64,000 nucleotides of DNA from assembly GCA_043823085.1 (NCBI GenBank), contig JBDRBE010000001.1:113110-177109 (forward strand), given 5' to 3'. Origin of the DNA: Candidatus Levyibacteriota bacterium. GTDB taxonomy: Bacteria; Patescibacteriota; Microgenomatia; Levybacterales; UBA12049. Made by a program: the position numbers and the translations under genes. Position 1 is the stretch's first letter, and each line of letters opens with the position of its first letter. Below, piece by piece: positions 20,236 through 29,276 of this stretch. The notes below the pieces were generated by a model that worked only from the letters and a program-made list of their open reading frames with translations, was not told the DNA's origin and ran no database searches.

Positions 20236-22065
20236 ATGACGGCAAAAGATTTAGTCGAAAAATATATTGGTTTTTTTGAAAAATTGGGACATAAAAAAAT
20301 CCCAAACTCCCCTCTTGTTCCCGAAAACGACCCGACAGTTCTTTTTACTACCGCAGGGATGCATCCTTTAATTTCTTATCTTATGGGCCAGCCGCATCCT
20401 TTAGGAAAACGTTTAGTTGGTTTACAAAAATGCCTGAGAACTGACGACATTGATGAAGTCGGAGATAAAGTTCATCACACTTTTTTTGAAATGCTTGGAA
20501 ATTGGTCACTTGGCGACTATTGGAAAAAAGAAGCAATTGAATATAGCTATGAATTCTTAACTTCTAAAGAATGGCTTGGAATTGATAAAAATAGAATAGC
20601 AATTTCTGTTTTTGCCGGAGATAATGACGCGCCATTTGATCAAGAATCTTATGATAAATGGATAGAGTTAGGTATTCCAGAATCCCGTATTAAAAGACTT
20701 CCAAAAAAAGATAATTGGTGGGGCCCTGCTGGAGAAACCGGCCCCTGCGGTCCGGACACCGAAATGTTTGTTTGGGCAGGTCAAGGTAAAATTCCTCAAA
20801 CTTTTGACCCAAAAAATTCCGACTGGGTTGAAGTTTGGAATAATGTTTTTATGGAATACAACAAAACTAGATGCAACACGTTTGAACCCTTGAAACAAAA
20901 GAACGTTGATACGGGCATGGGTTTAGAAAGAATGTTAGCAGTTTTAAATAATACAGACGATGATTACAAAACAGAATTATTTCTACCAGCTATTAAAGAA
21001 ATTGAAAAGTTATCCAAGTTTGAATATGGAGACAAATCAGACAATGAATATATCCGAGAAGGAAAACAATGTTTTGTTGATGTCCGAAAACAATTTCGAA
21101 TCATTGCAGACCATCTAAGAGCTGCCGTTTTTATTATCTCTAATGGGGTGGAACCCTCAAATAAAGAAAAGGGCTATATTGTTCGAAGGATTATCCGCAG
21201 GTCAATTTTGCAACTGAAAAAATTGGGAATTGTTGATTTGGAAAAAGCAGGCAAAGAAATTGCTGAAATTTTTATCAATTTAATGTCCCCTGTTTATCCT
21301 GAATTAAAACAACAACATACTAAAATGATTCAAATCATTGAAGCAGAAATAAAAAAGTTTAACCAGGCTTTAGAAAAAGGATTAAAAGAATTTAATAAAT
21401 TGTCCTCTATTGATGGAAAAATTGCTTTTGATTTATTCCAAACCTACGGTTTTCCTTTAGAATTAATCCAGGAATTAGCAAAAGAAAAAGAATTAAAATT
21501 TAATCCTGAAGAATTTAAGAAAGAATTTGAAAAACATCAAAAATTATCCAGAACTGCTTCTACCGGTATGTTTAAAGGAGGACTTGGAGAACAAAATGAA
21601 CAGACTACAAAATATCACACTGCCACCCATTTGCTTCATGCCGCACTGCGGAAAATTTTGGGTGAGCACGTACAACAAAAAGGAAGCAATATTACGGCGG
21701 AAAGATTAAGATTTGATTTTTCGTATGAGGAAAAATTAACCGATGAACAAATTAAAAAAGTTGAAGATTTAGTTAATGAAAAAATCAAAAAGAATTTACC
21801 TGTAACATCAGCCATCATGAACAAAGATGAAGCGCTGAAATCTGGAGCATTAGGTTTCTTTTTGGAAAAATACGGAGATAAAGTGACCGTTTACACCATT
21901 GATAACCCTTCGACTCGCTCCGTTCGCTCAGGGTCTCCCTTTTCAAGGGAGATTTGCGGCGGACCTCATATTGATTTTACAGGGAAACTCAAAAGGTTTA
22001 AAATAATAAAACAGGAAAATATCGGAGGAGGACAGCGAAGAATTTATGCAATTTTAGATAAATGA
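20236..22065 (+). CDS. alaS: alanine--tRNA ligase (no C-Ala domain)
   Basis: LFTTAGM, HHTFFEMLGN, DTGMGLER, HTATHLL, CGGPH. Confidence 0.96.
   Translation: MTAKDLVEKYIGFFEKLGHKKIPNSPLVPENDPTVLFTTAGMHPLISYLMGQPHPLGKRLVGLQKCLRTDDIDEVGDKVHHTFFEMLGNWSLGDYWKKEAIEYSYEFLTSKEWLGIDKNRIAISVFAGDNDAPFDQESYDKWIELGIPESRIKRLPKKDNWWGPAGETGPCGPDTEMFVWAGQGKIPQTFDPKNSDWVEVWNNVFMEYNKTRCNTFEPLKQKNVDTGMGLERMLAVLNNTDDDYKTELFLPAIKEIEKLSKFEYGDKSDNEYIREGKQCFVDVRKQFRIIADHLRAAVFIISNGVEPSNKEKGYIVRRIIRRSILQLKKLGIVDLEKAGKEIAEIFINLMSPVYPELKQQHTKMIQIIEAEIKKFNQALEKGLKEFNKLSSIDGKIAFDLFQTYGFPLELIQELAKEKELKFNPEEFKKEFEKHQKLSRTASTGMFKGGLGEQNEQTTKYHTATHLLHAALRKILGEHVQQKGSNITAERLRFDFSYEEKLTDEQIKKVEDLVNEKIKKNLPVTSAIMNKDEALKSGALGFFLEKYGDKVTVYTIDNPSTRSVRSGSPFSREICGGPHIDFTGKLKRFKIIKQENIGGGQRRIYAILDK
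21905..21934. repeat. hairpin micro-element in frame inside the AlaRS editing domain (PSTRSVRSG)
   Basis: accc-ttcgactcgctccgttcgctca-gggt, 30 nt, TTCGA..CTCA family. Confidence 0.85.
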
Positions 22066-24326
22066 AAATATCTTTTACTTCCCTTTTTGGTAAAAAAGAA
22101 AAACCTCACTACTTTCTTGCCCTTTTACTTCGGGACGAAAAAGCCTGCGGTGTTATTTTTGAAGAACTCAAGGGCAAAATCCAAGTAAAAGGAGAAGCGC
22201 AAGAATATTTTAAAACTTCCATTGAACAAGCCAGTGAAAATGAATTGCTTGAAGTTTTGGATACGGTAATTTCTAATGCCGAAGAAAATCTTCCAAAAGA
22301 CGTTGAAACCAGAAAAACAGTTTTTGGTTTAAAAGAAACTTGGGTTGAAGGTCCAAAAATTAAAAAAGAATATCTATTAAAACTTAAAAAAGCCTCTGAC
22401 TCACTCGGACTTGCACCGATTGGTTTTTTGGTAATTCATGAAGCCATCGTTCATTTAATGGGAGATGAAGAAGGCGCTCCGGTTTCGGCAATTTTGGTTG
22501 AAGTTGATAAAGAAGCTATTTCTATTTCTATCTGCAGGGCAGGAAGAATAATTGAAACCAAAAGAACAAAGATAGAAGATGGATTGGCCCAAAGTTGTGA
22601 TAAGCTTTTACATTATTTTACCAAGACCGAAATCCTCCCTTCAAGAATTGTTCTTTTTGACGGAAAAAATACTGAAAGATTACAGCAAGAATTTATAAGC
22701 CACGCCTGGAGCAAAAATCTTTCCTTCTTGCATGTTCCGCAAATTACCAATCTGCCTAAAGGATTTGACGCAAAGTCTGTTTTATTTGGCGCCGCAAGCC
22801 AAATGGGTTTTGAAGTTTTAGAAGAAAAGGAAATTGACAAAGACAAAAAAACTACAGTAGCTGAAACCGTAGAAGAGAAAAAAGAAATTGAAGAAGTTGA
22901 AAAAACAGAACCTTCTGTTGTTGAAGAAACAAAAGACGCTGATGAGTTTAAAAAGGAAATTACCGAAGATTTTGCAAGTTTTGGATTTTTAAAAGACGAA
23001 GATATAGCAAGTTTTAAAAAGAAAGAAAATATTAATCAAGATATTAAACCGAAAGAAGAAGAGATAGAAGAAAATATAACCGAAAAAGATGAAATACTCA
23101 AAACAAAACAAAATCAGTCAATTTTTTCTTTTTTTTCTTTTTTAAAAATTCTAAAAAATATCAAATTCCCGCCCCTTCCTTCTCTGCCTTCTGTAAAAAT
23201 GAATAAATTAATTTTTATTCCACCCTTTATTCTTTTTTTAATTCTTGCTCTTTTAGGATTTTATCTTTTTAAATCCGAGGCCGTTATTGTTCTAAATATT
23301 GACCCAAAAATTATTGAACAAAGTACAAACATGACTTTTTCAACCAGTCAAAATTCCGATCCTGTAAAGGATATTATCCACGCCCAAGATGTCTCTGTTT
23401 CTCAAGATGGAGAAATGACTGCTGATGTAAGCGGCAAAAAAGAAGTTGGAGACAAAGCAAAAGGAACAGTTACAATTTTAAGCTCCCTTTCCGGCGAAAC
23501 TACGATTAAAGAAGGTGCTATTGTAACATCATCAAATGACTTGAAATTTGTTCTTGATAGCAACGTTAAACTGGCATCAAGCTCAGGATTGGATGATCTA
23601 AAATCAAATAAGGCTAATGTGACAGCCAATGATATTGGAAAAGAGTACAATCTTCCATCCGGCACTAAGTTTACAATCGGGTCTTTTGATAATTCTCAGC
23701 TTGTAGCCAAAAACGATAATCCTTTTTCTGGCGGAACAAAAAAAGAAGTGACCGCAGTTTCCAAAGCCGACCAGGATAAATTGCTTTCAGACCTCCCTAA
23801 AAAACTTGAAGAAAACGCCAAAAATTCACTTTTGCAAAAGATGCCAAACGACCAGGCTTTATTGCCGATCTTTACAGCAACCGATTTTACCAAAAAAGAA
23901 TTCAGTCAAAAAATTGGAGATGAAGCACAAAATCTTAAATTAACGGCAACTATTTCTTTTACGGGACTCGCTTACAAAAAGGGTGAATTAGATAGTCTAT
24001 TGAAAAATTATTCTTTGGAAAATGCTAATGATATGATCCTTGCGGAAAACGGAACAAAATATGATCTTACCGATTTAAAATTAGAAAAAAGTAAAGAAGT
24101 TTCGGCCACTCTCAATTTAAAATTGTATCTTTTACCAAAATTTGATGAACAAAAACTAACTAGCTCGATTACAGGAAAATCAATTGAAGAATCTAAAAAT
24201 ATTCTTTTAAAACTTCCTCAAGTAACAGGTGTTGACATCCAACTTAATCCAAGTCTTCCTTTCCTGCCAAAGATTATGCCGCGTTTTTCTAAAAATATAA
24301 AACTTACTTTAAACTCGGAAGAATAA
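22062..24326 (+). CDS. large membrane protein: N-terminal FtsA/actin-like region, acidic linker, TM helix, baseplate-J-like C-terminal region
   Basis: Architecture inferred from composition. KAKGTVTI...GKEYNL...NDNPFSGG resembles baseplate-J-like domains. Confidence 0.55.
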   Translation: MKISFTSLFGKKEKPHYFLALLLRDEKACGVIFEELKGKIQVKGEAQEYFKTSIEQASENELLEVLDTVISNAEENLPKDVETRKTVFGLKETWVEGPKIKKEYLLKLKKASDSLGLAPIGFLVIHEAIVHLMGDEEGAPVSAILVEVDKEAISISICRAGRIIETKRTKIEDGLAQSCDKLLHYFTKTEILPSRIVLFDGKNTERLQQEFISHAWSKNLSFLHVPQITNLPKGFDAKSVLFGAASQMGFEVLEEKEIDKDKKTTVAETVEEKKEIEEVEKTEPSVVEETKDADEFKKEITEDFASFGFLKDEDIASFKKKENINQDIKPKEEEIEENITEKDEILKTKQNQSIFSFFSFLKILKNIKFPPLPSLPSVKMNKLIFIPPFILFLILALLGFYLFKSEAVIVLNIDPKIIEQSTNMTFSTSQNSDPVKDIIHAQDVSVSQDGEMTADVSGKKEVGDKAKGTVTILSSLSGETTIKEGAIVTSSNDLKFVLDSNVKLASSSGLDDLKSNKANVTANDIGKEYNLPSGTKFTIGSFDNSQLVAKNDNPFSGGTKKEVTAVSKADQDKLLSDLPKKLEENAKNSLLQKMPNDQALLPIFTATDFTKKEFSQKIGDEAQNLKLTATISFTGLAYKKGELDSLLKNYSLENANDMILAENGTKYDLTDLKLEKSKEVSATLNLKLYLLPKFDEQKLTSSITGKSIEESKNILLKLPQVTGVDIQLNPSLPFLPKIMPRFSKNIKLTLNSEE

Positions 24327-24335
24327 TACTCAAAC

Positions 24336-25070
24336 ATGCCCAAAAAATATTACACTTATCAAACTAAGGGAAAATTAAATTCCCGAAAAATCATCCGTTT
24401 TTTTGGACTCATTATTTTTCTTTGCGGCTTTTTGGCAATCCTTTATGTTTTTTTTCCTTTAATTTCCTGGCAAATCTTTTTTGCACCAATTTTTGCTTCT
24501 CAAGATATTGCCGCACCTATTCCAAAGACTACTATTGTTAACTCATCTTCCATAACGAGCCTTTTTAGTCAGGCGACAGATAACCTTGGAACTAATTACT
24601 TAGATGCGCAAACTTGGTTTCCAGGATATAAATCTAGAAACGCCCAAGGCCTTAAAACACAATCTTACATCATGTCTATTCCAACTCTTGGAATAAAAAA
24701 TGCTAATGTTACAACTATTGACAATGACTTGGAAAAACATCTTGTTAATTATGGCGGGACCGCTATTCCGCCTGATAATGGCACTGCAGTTATCTTTGGC
24801 CACTCCACACTGCCTCAACTTTTTAATTCCAAAGATTATAAAACAATTTTTGCCACGGTTTATAAATTAAAAATCGGAGACGAATTCTCTGTTAACGTAA
24901 ACGGAGTTACCTATATCTATAAAATTTACAACATTATTGTTACCGATCCTTCAGATAATTCAATTTTTACCCAGGATTTTACAAGCAGTTATATTGCACT
25001 TGTCACCTGCACTCCGCCAGGGACAACATGGAAAAGACTGATTATAAAAGCAAAATTGGCAAAAATATAA
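24336..25070 (+). CDS. sortase
   Basis: N-terminal TM helix, IFGHS, LVTCTPPG...KRL catalytic His/Cys/Arg. Confidence 0.9.
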   Translation: MPKKYYTYQTKGKLNSRKIIRFFGLIIFLCGFLAILYVFFPLISWQIFFAPIFASQDIAAPIPKTTIVNSSSITSLFSQATDNLGTNYLDAQTWFPGYKSRNAQGLKTQSYIMSIPTLGIKNANVTTIDNDLEKHLVNYGGTAIPPDNGTAVIFGHSTLPQLFNSKDYKTIFATVYKLKIGDEFSVNVNGVTYIYKIYNIIVTDPSDNSIFTQDFTSSYIALVTCTPPGTTWKRLIIKAKLAKI

Positions 25071-25184
25071 ATGAGAAAAATTTGGCCTACAATTTATCGG
25101 ATTATAAATGAGGTTATTTATTTTGTTATTAATTTACTAAAAAGCATTACTGTCTACGCCTTAAAACAAATCAAAGGGGTTTAA
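25071..25184 (+). CDS. small hypothetical peptide (37 aa), not in ORF track
   Basis: MRKIWPTIYRIINEVIYFVINLLKSITVYALKQIKGV exactly fills the gap between sortase and phosphorylase. Confidence 0.5.
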   Translation: MRKIWPTIYRIINEVIYFVINLLKSITVYALKQIKGV

Positions 25185-25185
25185 A

Positions 25186-26454
25186 ATGGAAAAGACTAAC
25201 GTACTAAATTCTATCCGAAAAAAACTTTTGGGGAAAAAATTATCTTACCATGAGATATATGAAATTATGGACCATATTGCCCAAAAAAAATTAGGCAAAG
25301 TCCTAACCACTTACTTTGCCGCATCTGGATATTCTAAAGGATTCAGCAATCAGGAACTTTATTTTTTGACAAAAGCAATGGTGGAAACCGGCGAAAAACT
25401 TCATTTTAAAGGAATTGTCGCCGACAAACATTCAATAGGAGGAGTGCCTGGAACAAGAACTACTTTAATAATTGTTCCAATAGTCGCGGCCGCCGGATTT
25501 ACCATTCCTAAAAGTTCTTCCAGAGCTATTACAACAGCAGGCGGAACAGCCGACGATATGGAAGTTTTAGCTCCTGTTGATTTTTCAAAAAAACAAATAT
25601 ATCGAATTGTTAAAAAAACTAACGGCTGTATTGTTTGGGGAGGATCGTTTAATATCGCCCCTGCCGATGATGAAATAATTAAAGTTGAAGAACCGCTTCT
25701 TTTTGAGAGTTACGATAAAATCTTGGTTTCCATTATGGCAAAAAAAATTGCTTTTGGTTCCAATCATCTTGTGATTGATCTGCCTTACGGAGAAATGGTC
25801 AAGGTTCATCGATTAAAAGACGCAGAAATTTTAAAAGAAAAATTTATGTATTTAGCCAAACAATTTAAAATCCATATCAAAGTTTTAATCCGCCGAACAG
25901 ATGAACCGGCAGGCCGTGGAATTGGACCTATTCTTGAAACTCGGGAGGCGTTAAGAGTTTTACAGCAAAAAGAGTCAAGAGCCCTTGATTTGGAAATCAG
26001 AAGTTTGGATTTGGCCGGAACGCTTTTGGATTTATGTCTACAAGAATCTCCAAAAAAACTAATAAATGAAGTTAAAAACAAATACGGTAATGGTATCGGC
26101 TGGGCAACATCAATTTTAAAAACAGGTCAGGCATTTGAAAAAATAAAAGAAATTATTAAGGCTCAAGGAGGAAAATCAAATATCGACAGTGAAGATTTAA
26201 AACCGGGCGCGTATTTTTTGGAAATTAAATCTCACAAGAGCGGCGAAGTAAAAAAAATTGATAGTCGTAATATTACAATTATTACAAAAATTTTAGGCGC
26301 GCCGGAACAAAAAAAAGCCGGGATTTTTTTTAATAAGAAAATAAAAGACAAAGTCGTAAAAAATGAGCCCATCTGTACATTATATAGCGAAAAAGAGTAT
26401 AATCTCAAAGAAGCAAAAGACACTATCCAAAATTTTCCGATATTATTGTTATGA
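25186..26454 (+). CDS. AMP phosphorylase-like / thymidine phosphorylase family protein
   Basis: ADKHSIGGVPG, PKSSSRAIT, APADD, GRGIGP, resembling the AMP-phosphorylase clade. Confidence 0.85.
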   Translation: MEKTNVLNSIRKKLLGKKLSYHEIYEIMDHIAQKKLGKVLTTYFAASGYSKGFSNQELYFLTKAMVETGEKLHFKGIVADKHSIGGVPGTRTTLIIVPIVAAAGFTIPKSSSRAITTAGGTADDMEVLAPVDFSKKQIYRIVKKTNGCIVWGGSFNIAPADDEIIKVEEPLLFESYDKILVSIMAKKIAFGSNHLVIDLPYGEMVKVHRLKDAEILKEKFMYLAKQFKIHIKVLIRRTDEPAGRGIGPILETREALRVLQQKESRALDLEIRSLDLAGTLLDLCLQESPKKLINEVKNKYGNGIGWATSILKTGQAFEKIKEIIKAQGGKSNIDSEDLKPGAYFLEIKSHKSGEVKKIDSRNITIITKILGAPEQKKAGIFFNKKIKDKVVKNEPICTLYSEKEYNLKEAKDTIQNFPILLL

Positions 26455-27392
26455 AAAGAATATTTATTTTGATAATTTTTCTCTTAGTTTTAATTGGAGC
26501 GGGATTTATTTGGTGGACAATGGGATTAAAGGCAGTTAACCCGCAGGATAAAAATCAGGTGATTTTTGTTGTCGAAAAAGGCAAAGGAATCAAAGAAATT
26601 GCCAATAAACTTAAAGGCCAGGGATTAATTAAAGATTCAATTATTTTTTTCCTGTATGTAAAAAAACAAGGAATTGAAGGAAAAATTCAGGCCGGAGATT
26701 TTCGGCTCTCTCCATCAATGAATGCAGAAGACATTGCCGAAGAATTAACACATGGAACACTGGATGTTTGGGTAACTATTCCCGAAGGAGTAAGAGCCAC
26801 AGAGATTGCCGATATTTTGGCTAAAAAAATTCCCACTTATAAAGAGTCTTGGAAAGCTGTTTTAGAAAAAAACGAAGGTTATCTTTTTCCGGACACTTAT
26901 CTTCTTCCAAAAGATACAGACATAAATCTTGCTGTTACAATGATGAAGAATAATTTTGAAATAAAATTTGCTCAAATAAGCGACGCGAATAGAAGCAAAC
27001 TAACAAAAAGCCAAATCGTCATTCTTGCTTCGATGATAGAAAGAGAAGCAAAGTTTGCAAATGATAGACCACTGGTCGCTTCTGTTCTTTTAAATAGACT
27101 CCAAATCTCCATGCCTTTACAAATTGATGCAACCATCCAATATGCTCTTGGTTTCTGGAAACGGAATCTTACAACCCAAGATTTAAAAATTAAATCGCCT
27201 TATAACACTTATTTGAATGTTGGTCTTCCACCGGCCCCAATTTCCAACCCCGGACTTGATGCGCTAAAAGCAGTAATAAACCCAGCGGACACTAACTACC
27301 TCTATTATGTTTCCGATAAATCCAGTCATAATCATTACGCAAAAACTCTCGAAGAACACAACGCCAATATCAAAAAATACGCCGTTTATTAA
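26451..27392 (+). CDS. mltG: endolytic transglycosylase MltG
   Basis: EGYLFPDTY, ASMIERE, LQIDAT, SPYNTY, GLPPAPISNPG. Confidence 0.93.
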   Translation: MKRIFILIIFLLVLIGAGFIWWTMGLKAVNPQDKNQVIFVVEKGKGIKEIANKLKGQGLIKDSIIFFLYVKKQGIEGKIQAGDFRLSPSMNAEDIAEELTHGTLDVWVTIPEGVRATEIADILAKKIPTYKESWKAVLEKNEGYLFPDTYLLPKDTDINLAVTMMKNNFEIKFAQISDANRSKLTKSQIVILASMIEREAKFANDRPLVASVLLNRLQISMPLQIDATIQYALGFWKRNLTTQDLKIKSPYNTYLNVGLPPAPISNPGLDALKAVINPADTNYLYYVSDKSSHNHYAKTLEEHNANIKKYAVY

Positions 27393-27394
27393 AA

Positions 27395-27895
27395 ATGACA
27401 GAAAAATCAGCAATCAAAACTAAAGAACACCCAGCAACAAACCAAAGAGAGCAAAAAAGAAAAGAAGCAACCGAAAGATTAAAAAAAACTGTAAAGAGAG
27501 TTACGGCAGAAATTAGTGAAGAACTTGAATTGCCAGGAATGGAAAAGTCCAATGGAAATACTCTTACAGGCAGAATTCGTGAATCTTTAGATAATATCTC
27601 TCTAAGAAAATCGCCATATGTGTTAACGCTTAAGTTTAGTAATATAGAAATGGGAGATGATGCTCTTGAAGAGCTTGGGGGACCTATTATTGCGCCACAT
27701 CAGTTGACCCTAATGTTTTTGGAGAAAATGGGAGTAGATATTAATAAGATACCTAAACCAGAAAGTCATTCTCAATCTATAATTCTGCCTGAGAAAGTCG
27801 AACTCTTCAGTATTGAACTTTGTGTTAATGGATTTCTACCTCAAAAACCTAATGAGCCCAGATTCGACGGTTTTTTATTAAAGTTTACTTCCTAA
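27395..27895 (+). CDS. hypothetical protein
   Basis: 166-aa ORF starting 2 nt after the mltG stop. Confidence 0.55.
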   Translation: MTEKSAIKTKEHPATNQREQKRKEATERLKKTVKRVTAEISEELELPGMEKSNGNTLTGRIRESLDNISLRKSPYVLTLKFSNIEMGDDALEELGGPIIAPHQLTLMFLEKMGVDINKIPKPESHSQSIILPEKVELFSIELCVNGFLPQKPNEPRFDGFLLKFTS

Positions 27896-28278
27896 TTTCT
27901 CTTGGGAATTCCGCGGAAGAATCTTTTTGGTGCGCTTACAATTTTTTCCAATGTTTGGCCGTTTGGTGCTTCTTGTTTTTTTGGTTCTGATCTTTCCACC
28001 GAAGTTTCAACGGAGGCGGACTGAACTTGTGTTGATTCATTCTCATTCCGCTGAACTTTTTTTGGGTGGCACTGATTACAACTTTCTTTCTTTTCCGGAA
28101 TTTCTAAATCCTCGTTATCACAAGATAACAGTTCAGATAATTCCAATCCTCCTTCTGTAATTGTTTTTACAAGTTCTTTTCCTCTTTTGGTACCAAGTAA
28201 AAAAACTGCTCCTCCACCAATAATAAGCCCGAGTAAAAATGAATTAAAAGATCCGCCGCTTTGATGATTATCATTCAT
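27892..28278 (-). CDS. YtxH-like membrane-anchored protein
   Basis: FLLGLIIGGGAVFLLGTKRGKEL N-terminus. Confidence 0.65.
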   Translation of the reverse strand: MNDNHQSGGSFNSFLLGLIIGGGAVFLLGTKRGKELVKTITEGGLELSELLSCDNEDLEIPEKKESCNQCHPKKVQRNENESTQVQSASVETSVERSEPKKQEAPNGQTLEKIVSAPKRFFRGIPKRN

Positions 28279-28552
28279 TTCTGTTTCCCTCCCTGTGTTT
28301 TTTTAACTTTTTATTAAAAATTGACGCAAATATAGATCCTGCTTTAAGTCCGGAAGCTAAAAGCGAAATTTTGGAAATCGGACCGGAAACGCTTTCGGTA
28401 ATCGTTCCTGTATCCTCTAAAACTTTATTGGCTTTAGAAACTGTCTGACGAAGTTCGCGAAGAATAAAAAAGACCTGAATTCCCAAAATAAAAAGGAGAA
28501 CTGTTAAGACAATAAGCACAATAATTAAAACTGCTTGGGCAGTATCTATCAT
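28271..28552 (-). CDS. small membrane protein (DUF948-like)
   Basis: N-terminal TM helix plus amphipathic helix. Overlaps the YtxH-like gene. Confidence 0.6.
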   Translation of the reverse strand: MIDTAQAVLIIVLIVLTVLLFILGIQVFFILRELRQTVSKANKVLEDTGTITESVSGPISKISLLASGLKAGSIFASIFNKKLKKHREGNRNE

Positions 28553-28553
28553 A

Positions 28554-28596
28554 TTTCGAATAGCTCAACATGACCTTGAGCCTGTCGAAAGGTCAT
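28554..28596. repeat. pair of TTCGA..CTCA hairpin micro-elements
   Basis: ttcgaatagctca followed by tgacct-tgagcctgtcgaa-aggtca. Confidence 0.7.
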
Positions 28597-28629
28597 ATTA
28601 CTTTAAGTTAACATTAAGCGGAAAATCTG

Positions 28630-29268
28630 TCAAGGGGTTTTTACTTCTATGTGGCGGGTTTCTTGCGTTTCCCTGCCAAAACGGTTAACTGCTTTCACAA
28701 CTATTGTTGTTTTCCCCGGAAACAAATCAATGTCTTTTTTAAAAACCCCGTCTTTGTCCAAAGAAACCGAAACATTATTAACATAAACCGTAGCGTTAGG
28801 ATCTGTCTGTCCCCAAACTTGAATATCTTTCGCATCCAAAACTGCCGACTCTTTAGGCGCAAATATCGCAAGATGAGGATTAATAATTGCGAAGCGATAT
28901 TGAAATGCAATATATCCTAAAAGAACTAAAAAAATGGAGAAAATAAAAAATCCGGCTTGAACAAATCTAATTCTTTTAAGCGGAAATTCCGAAGACCTGG
29001 AAAGCCCCTCTGGTAAAACCTTGAAAAATTTTTCCTCATCAAATTCTCGACGGAATAGAGCTAAAATTTCCGCTGAAGATTCACCTAAAAAATCTGCATA
29101 ATTTCTCACAAATCCATGGGCGTATGCCCCTTGAGGAAGTTTTTGATATTCACCTTTTTCAATAGCCAAAAGAAAAGTCGATTTTATTTTAATCGCCTTT
29201 TCGATATCCTTAAGAGTTAATTGTTTTTTAACTCGCGCCTCACGCAGTCTTTGTCCAACCCGTACCAT
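28630..29268 (-). CDS. RodZ-like HTH membrane protein with C-terminal Ig-like domain
   Basis: GQRLREAR...LAIEKG...GFVRNYA HTH, a TM helix and a beta-rich tail. Confidence 0.85.
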   Translation of the reverse strand: MVRVGQRLREARVKKQLTLKDIEKAIKIKSTFLLAIEKGEYQKLPQGAYAHGFVRNYADFLGESSAEILALFRREFDEEKFFKVLPEGLSRSSEFPLKRIRFVQAGFFIFSIFLVLLGYIAFQYRFAIINPHLAIFAPKESAVLDAKDIQVWGQTDPNATVYVNNVSVSLDKDGVFKKDIDLFPGKTTIVVKAVNRFGRETQETRHIEVKTP

Positions 29269-29276
29269 ATCGAAAA

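Noticed and set aside
22062-24326. Prophage suggested by the baseplate-like domain
   Set aside because: Embedded among housekeeping genes, has a TM helix, and no other phage genes are present.
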